Assembly: GCF_009914755.1 (NCBI RefSeq)
Contig: NC_060934.1
Strand: one strand, 5' to 3'
Length of the DNA: 64,000 nucleotides
Source of the DNA: the human T2T-CHM13v2.0 reference genome, Homo sapiens
This document shows positions 57,697-64,000 of this stretch, piece after piece; the stretch's first letter is position 1, and every line of letters begins with the position of its first letter. A program made the position numbers and the translations under genes. The notes below the pieces were generated by a model. The model did not search any database and was not told the DNA's origin. It saw nothing but the letters and a program-made list of their open reading frames with translations.

Positions 57697-60525
57697 GAGA
57701 TGTAGGGGACAGATATAGGGGAGGGATCAAAGCAGCAGCTGAAAGATTGGGGCTGTGGATGGGGTCCTTTAGGACTGAAATGCTGGGATGAGGATGGGAA
57801 GAGACTCTTAAAGGGGATGTACATGTGTGCTAGGGTGGGTAACCTGTGCACAGTGTCCTGTGCTGACCACAGCTGACTGGACCTCAGTATATGGACAGAC
57901 TCTGGATCCAGGTTTCCTCAAATGCAGCCAGCACAAGGTGGTACCAGAGGAGTCAGGGGTGGGATCCAGACCCCAGCAGGCATCTCTCCTTCACCACACC
58001 TTCCCCTTTCCAGACAATTAACTAGGTCAGCAGTGGCCCATACATGGCTTGGGTGTGCCCTGCTCTCCATTCCAGGGCCCTCAGCAGACATTATTAATCA
58101 ATTGCTGCACACTTTCCCATGGAGCTTACATGCAGCCTCAGAATCCTTTTCAACAGTGTTCAGGAAGCTGCTACTTACTAGTGACAGTTGGTGTTCAAGA
58201 CGAAAAGCTATTTCATAACTCTAGATTTTGTTTTTTTAATAACAGGTGCTTACTATAAAGGCAGGGAGAATTACTAGAGCTCTGCCGCTTCTCCAAAGGT
58301 CTTCGAACTAGCAGATAGCTCTGAACAGACTGAGGACCTCAGGAGGCAGCCAACCCTCATAGGAAGGTGGTGGGGAAAACCAAAAGCATCTCAAACACCA
58401 TTCCATCTGCCCTAAGCACAGCTTTACGGTTTGATAACTCCCAGAAAGATGTCTTTTCCCCTTCTTCTTAATCACTCTAGACTTGCCCCACTGCTCTCTG
58501 GAAAGCCTCCTCGAACCACTCCAACCCAATGTGGGCTCTCTCCCTGCTCCAACTTCCTGTTGCTCTTCCTAGGTTGTGCCAGACATTTAGCTCAGAGAAG
58601 GAAAATAGACATAGCATGTGTTGTTGGCTTTCCTTATCCCAAACGGTAGCAGATACTACTCATCGCTCAATACACTCTTTCCCATTCAGCCTAGGTAGGC
58701 CTCGGAATCCTTCTCGACACAGTCCTCCAGTGGCACGGAGAACAGCAACCCAGGCTGCCGCTCCCGTCCATTAGAGTCAGTGCACAAGAGGAAATCCATT
58801 TGCCATTCATGGTTCAACCCAACCACATTGTACAACGGTCTCTCCATGTGACCACACATGACCCGATGACAGCGATAGAGGCATGCTGTCTTGGGTCCCT
58901 TATTAATTCTAGCCCAGGACTTTGCACATAATACGCAGCTCTCACAAATTAGCTGTTGATGTAAGGTCCCCCTGTTAGAGGCTGGGGAAGGTTTATTAGT
59001 CAACTCTCCTCGCAGCGTCCCCGGCCCTGGACCCAGCAATAGGCTCAGCATTTGCTCAGGGGGTGTTTCTCAGCAACCAGCAGAGGATGAGATGATTGAC
59101 TTCTGTGTGTCCAGGCTGCATGCCTTGTCCTGGCTGGGAGAGCAGGAAAGGCTCAGTGATGTGTTCCCCACTGGGCAGAGAAGCTGGGGGCACCCACCCC
59201 CTCCCATCCTCTACTCCCAAGGTCAGGAGCTTCATTTTTACCTGCCCCAGCTGGCTGCCAAGGTTTTTCTTTACAGAGTCGGGGGGTGGCAAAATGGTGA
59301 AGCAGGCAACACCATAGCATTTGAACCCCTGCCACTAACTGTGTGACCTGAGCCTCAGTACCCTAATCTGAAAAATGGAGATGATGACATCCTCCTTACA
59401 GGGTTGTTGTAGGATTAAATGAAATCATTTGGCTAATGGCAACTGTAACCATTGCCACCTCGCTCATCATTGGAGGAGGTAATATGGGGCTTCATGCACC
59501 TTGTCTACAACTTTTATTAGTAGCTGATATTTATTGAGTTTACGCTGTGTATTGAGCTTACACTTACACTGTGTACCAGGGACTATTCAAAGACCTTTAC
59601 ATCTATTGATTCACTAAATCCTCACAATAATCCTATGAAGTGGTTACTATTGTTACTATTCCCTTCTTACAGAAGAGAGAATAGAGGCACAGAGAAGTTA
59701 AGCAAATTTCCCATGGTCACACAGTAAGTGAGTAGCATAGCTAGGCCTTGAAATCAGGCAGTGTGGCCCAGAGCTGGCATCCTCAGCCACTAGGATGTAC
59801 TTGTCTGTATGAAGTACCATACCTCTCTAACTCTGCTGAGGCCAGTCAAACCAGCCAGGGGCTGGGGATCTGTTCAGTTTGGTTTGGCTCCCAGAGGCAG
59901 TGTTTACTGAACTGCCTTGGCGTCAGGGCCGTGCCACCATCTTTGTTGTAAGAAAGACATTATGAGAGTTGCTAATTACATCAGGCCTTGGTGATGAGTA
60001 CTCTGAGGGAAGCCCTTGTCCAGTCTTGGCCTCTGGAATGCTTGGGCTTCCCAGGGTGGATGGGTTTGTTCTTGTCTCTCGGACTCTGAACTGGCCACTA
60101 GGAAGCATAGCAGCAAATCTAGGGTTCAGCCAGTGGCAAAGGCTTTTGTATGAGCCTTGATCCCAGATCCTATTTGATCACTCTGCCTTTGCTGTTCTTC
60201 TACCTTACTGTATACTGTCTGTCTGTCTGTTTGTATCAGCTGCCTGAATGCTCCCTTTTAGAGCCAGAGAGGGGTAAAAGATCTGAAGTAACTAAACATT
60301 TTAAAGTTACTCTCCCCTCCTTCTCACTGATCCAGATGTCCTCAAAGGCTTGCCCTTGTACGGGTGATGCTGGTTGCATTAGAATCGCCTGGGGAGCTTT
60401 CAAAACACGCCAGGCCAATTGTTCCCAATACCTGCTGCAGATGTCTGTGGGTAGGGCCTGGCTGTAAGTGTCTAACGAGCTCCTCGGGTGATCGTGTTCT
60501 GCGGCTGGACCTGGCAGGCCCTGAG

Positions 60526-60528
<3 letters not shown>

Positions 60529-60560
<32 letters not shown>
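60529..60560. repeat. (GA)16 microsatellite
   Basis: Seen directly; it follows a MER5A-like fragment (~60350-60520). Confidence 0.95.
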
Positions 60561-60567
<7 letters not shown>

Positions 60568-62874
60568 TCTGTGTGGCCCAGTGCCTGGAGCTCCCTGTGC
60601 AGTGAAACCCAGACCCCCTTACCCGGGTCCCAAGCAGTGCTCAAGGGGCTGAGGGGCAGTGATGAAGCTCACGGTGAGATGTCAACAAAAGTCTCCGTGT
60701 GCACTGGGAGGTTTGAAGAAGGGCAAGCAGCAGGCTTTTTGCTGTTGTTTTCCAAAAACAAAATCAACTGAGGTTTGCCCTCCAGAAAGCCTCAGAAGTC
60801 CTTCTCCCACCTCTTTGGGTTGGGTTCTGCCCCTCCCAGAAACAGTCTATTGAGCCCTCAGTCAGAGGGAAATCAGCAGGCTTCTCCAAGGGAAACTGAG
60901 GCCTGGGTCTGGGGAGACTAGGGTGGATGGGGTCACCAGCTGCGCTGGGTGTTGTCTGGGCCACTGGCAGGCCCCAGCAGCAGCCCCTGCTGACACTCCC
61001 GCTCTCCCAGCCACAGCCCTGGGTGTGGGGCCTCCTTGCAGAGATGCTGTCTGTGGCGGAAGGGGTGGGCCTGCTGGCAGGGGGTGCTCTCCTGGTCCTT
61101 CAAAGAGCAAGGGCCAGCCAAGCACAAAGGGGCAGAACTGCCTGCCAGAGAGGCTGGGCATGGCCTTTGAGGGGACACTGGGCCCCTGTCTCCCTGCCTG
61201 GCGGCTATTGTAGGTTTTCCTGAAACCCCACATGGCTGGGGCCCACGTAGGCTGGGCCTCTGCCTCCTTGGCCCTTTCCCATCCTCACTCCCACCCCAGC
61301 CTTGCCTGCCTCCTCAAGTCTGGGTCATTCTCCTTTGAGCATTCGTCCAGGCATTTCCCTCTGCCCACACGCTCCTTCCTCCTGCCCACCACCCCCTCCC
61401 TTCAGGCGCTTCGGTTTTTTATCCGCTCTTTGGGTTGCAGCAGGAGAACCTTGCTGCCCCTAAAGGCTGTTGTGGGTCCTGAGCTTCTGCCATAGAGGGA
61501 CTTTGCACCCGCTGCCCTCTGTCAGGCTGCAGATGCTCTGCGAAGGCACCTCTTTAGCACCAGGTCATGCTCTGATAAGGTGGCCTGTAGGGCAGGTCAG
61601 AAAGGGTGACCTCTCGGGACAGGGATGAAGAAAGGGGGCTGGGTTAAAGGGGCATTTGCCAGGGCTCTTCCAGGAATAGCTTCATCCACCTCCCCCTGAA
61701 CTGGCACTTGAGGTTTCCTGGAGTTGGGGGAAGCTCTGTGACATGGGAGGTCAGAGGGTGCTCCGGACACCTCCAGCCTCACCCGACTCCATAGAATCAG
61801 GAAGGGCCTTCATAAGTCAGGTGCTGCTCTAGGAATTTCCTACAGCAGCCTTGGTCCTCAAGCTTACACACCTCAGTGACGGGGAGCTCACTACCTTATA
61901 TTGCTGACTGTTCCCTGGTAGGACATCTCTGGCTCTTAATGTCATCAGAGGCCCAGCCAATCTCTACACCCACCAACCCACAACTCCAGCATGTCTTGAA
62001 AGCACCTCAAACTCTACATGTCTAAACTGAGCAGGAAATCCACCCCTCACCAGCATCCCTTCATATGTGAGCACAATGACCTCCAGCCACACCCACCCCA
62101 GCTCTCCTGCCCACACCTTCTCAGCCTCTGCAGACCTGTCCTCTCCTCTCCATCCCTGCCTGCCCTCCCCAGCCTGAGCTGCCCCCCTAACTCTTCTGCT
62201 CTCACCCATGCTGTTCTGACTCTCTTATCCACACAGCAGCCAGAGGGGACCTTTTAAAAAACTAAGTGTAATCACGCCGTCTCCCAATTAAACTCTTCAG
62301 TAACTCCCTATTGCTCTCAGGCTAGAGACCGCATTGCTAAATGCGACCCATATGGCCTTCAGGTGCAGCCCTTGTCACTCTCTCCAGGCTCATGGCTCAC
62401 CTGCCCTTGCTTCTGGAGTCCAGCTACATGGTGGCACGCTGTCAAGGCTAGGAGCACAGACTCTGGAACCAGATTGCTGGGTTCAAGACCAGCTCTGCCA
62501 GTTACTGGCTATGTGACCTTGGGCAAGTTATTCAAGCTCTCTGTGCCTTAGGTTATACCTCTGTAAAATAAGGGTAATGATAATAAGAGTACTTTTATGA
62601 GGGTTGTTTTTAGGATTAAAAAAAAGTTAAGATATAAAGTGCTTTGAGTAGTGACTGGTACTCCAGTAATAGATCATCCAATCTCCTTGAAAGAGCCAAG
62701 TTTCACCTCTCACAGGCATAGAGTCAAGGTGTGGGCTCTGAGCCAGGCTTCCTGGGTTCAAATTCTGCCTCTGTCTTTCCAGGCTGTGTGCTGTCTTGCA
62801 GGTTACTTGGCCCCTCTCTGTCTTAGTTTCCTCGCTCATGTAATGGGTTGCAGTGAGTGCTGGAGGAATTAACA

Positions 62875-62954
62875 TTAAGCTGGTGCAAAAGTAATTACTT
62901 TTAATTGCCATTGAAAGTAATGGCAAAAACTGCAATTACTTTTGCACCAACCTA
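62875..62954. mobile_element. Full-length MADE1 MITE (80-bp palindrome)
   Basis: TGGTGCAAAAGTAATT...TTGCCATTGAAAGTAATGGCAA...AATTACTTTTGCACCA; inserted in a MIR. Confidence 0.92.
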
Positions 62955-64000
62955 CTCCATGCAAGATCCTTGCCTGGCTCCTAAGAAGTGCATTATTGGG
63001 TTAGCTTTCAGCCTCTCCCCTGTGCCTGGGCCCCTCACCTGGTGAGTTACTGCTCAGCTTCAGATCTTGGCTCATGTCTCACTTTTCTGCCATGAGCCAG
63101 ACTAGTCCATGCCCCGGCTGGCTCTCAGCTCCTTGCCCCTTTTGGCCACAGCTCTGATGACAATGGCTGCCCCACATTGATGTGTGGTTTGTAGGCTCTT
63201 CTGTTTCCCTCCCTAGAGTATAAACTTCATGGGAGCAGCCTCAGTCTGCTTTGCATAACAAGGTTCCCAACATTAACCCCTAGAACATTGTAGATAGTCA
63301 ATGCCCATTTGTGAAAGGCAGGAAAGGAGGAAAGAGGTCCCCAACATTCACCCCAGGACTTCTTTGTGGTGGGGGGCCCCTGCCTTATCCTGCACCAGGC
63401 CTAGAGATGACCCCTGGACCCCTGAGATCCTTGAGGTCCTGGGCCCCTTGCCAATCTGCCTCCCATGCACACCATCAGTTCTGGGGCCCGGTTCCTTGAC
63501 TCCTCGCGGCAGTAGCAGGGCCTTGGGTTAGCTAGAAGGAAGGACTTCGTCATACGAATGCTGCAAAGCTCACATAGGGGTATGTGCCTCCTGTCCCTGA
63601 CTTTTTTCCTGAACCATAGAGCCTGGGGCCACATCTGTGTGTGGTTCTGGTGAGACAGGGAGGCAGAGGGAGACAGAGGCAGTATGTGGTATCTGGAGGA
63701 CCCGCAGGCCCCTGTTTCATGGCCCTGGGAGTCTGTGATCAGGTGCCAAGTCCACTGCACGAAGAGAACTGTTGAGGTAGGGAGAAGACAGCTCCTAAGG
63801 CACCCCCGTGGCACCCCCTCCCTGTCCCCAGCACACAGGCCCCTGCAGCAGCCCATGCAAGTCCAGTTCTGGTGGGTGTGGGTTGGATGTCTTGATTTCC
63901 TCCACTTTGATTTCACCCTGCCAAGCTGCCTGTGCCCTGGGGCATGTGGCTACGAGTGGGCCTGTCCCTTTAACCCCTTTGGTGGAGCCAGCCCTCTCCT

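Overview
Human (or very close primate) genomic DNA, repeat-rich. The only protein-coding feature is the first coding exon of COL13A1 (collagen XIII, type II transmembrane collagen; + strand, 52621-52914). It lies in a CpG island, with about 11 kb of intron 1 downstream; exon 2 was not found in the window. The upstream ~51 kb is intergenic. It holds a decayed processed RPL5 pseudogene (~28941-29952), eleven Alu copies or fragments, L1, L2 and MIR fragments, LTR33/MER21/LTR16/MLT LTRs, Tigger2a, MER46C and MER53 DNA elements, and several STRs; MER3 and two MADE1 copies sit in intron 1. I found no evidence for a novel multi-gene system. The best second-look items are: a near-identical 53-bp direct repeat with an internal palindrome that brackets the promoter and exon 1; a compact AP-1/TEAD/SRF motif cluster at ~19.4-19.8 kb; a MEF2/E-box/N-box promoter module; a convergent CTCF-like motif pair; a uORF and cryptic splice acceptors in the 5' leader; and several rearrangement scars (a 208-bp microhomology-flanked tandem duplication, a doubly truncated L1PA, and a template-switch palindrome). 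Repeat subfamily names come from recalled consensus sequences and need RepeatMasker/Dfam confirmation. All regulatory calls rest on motifs only.
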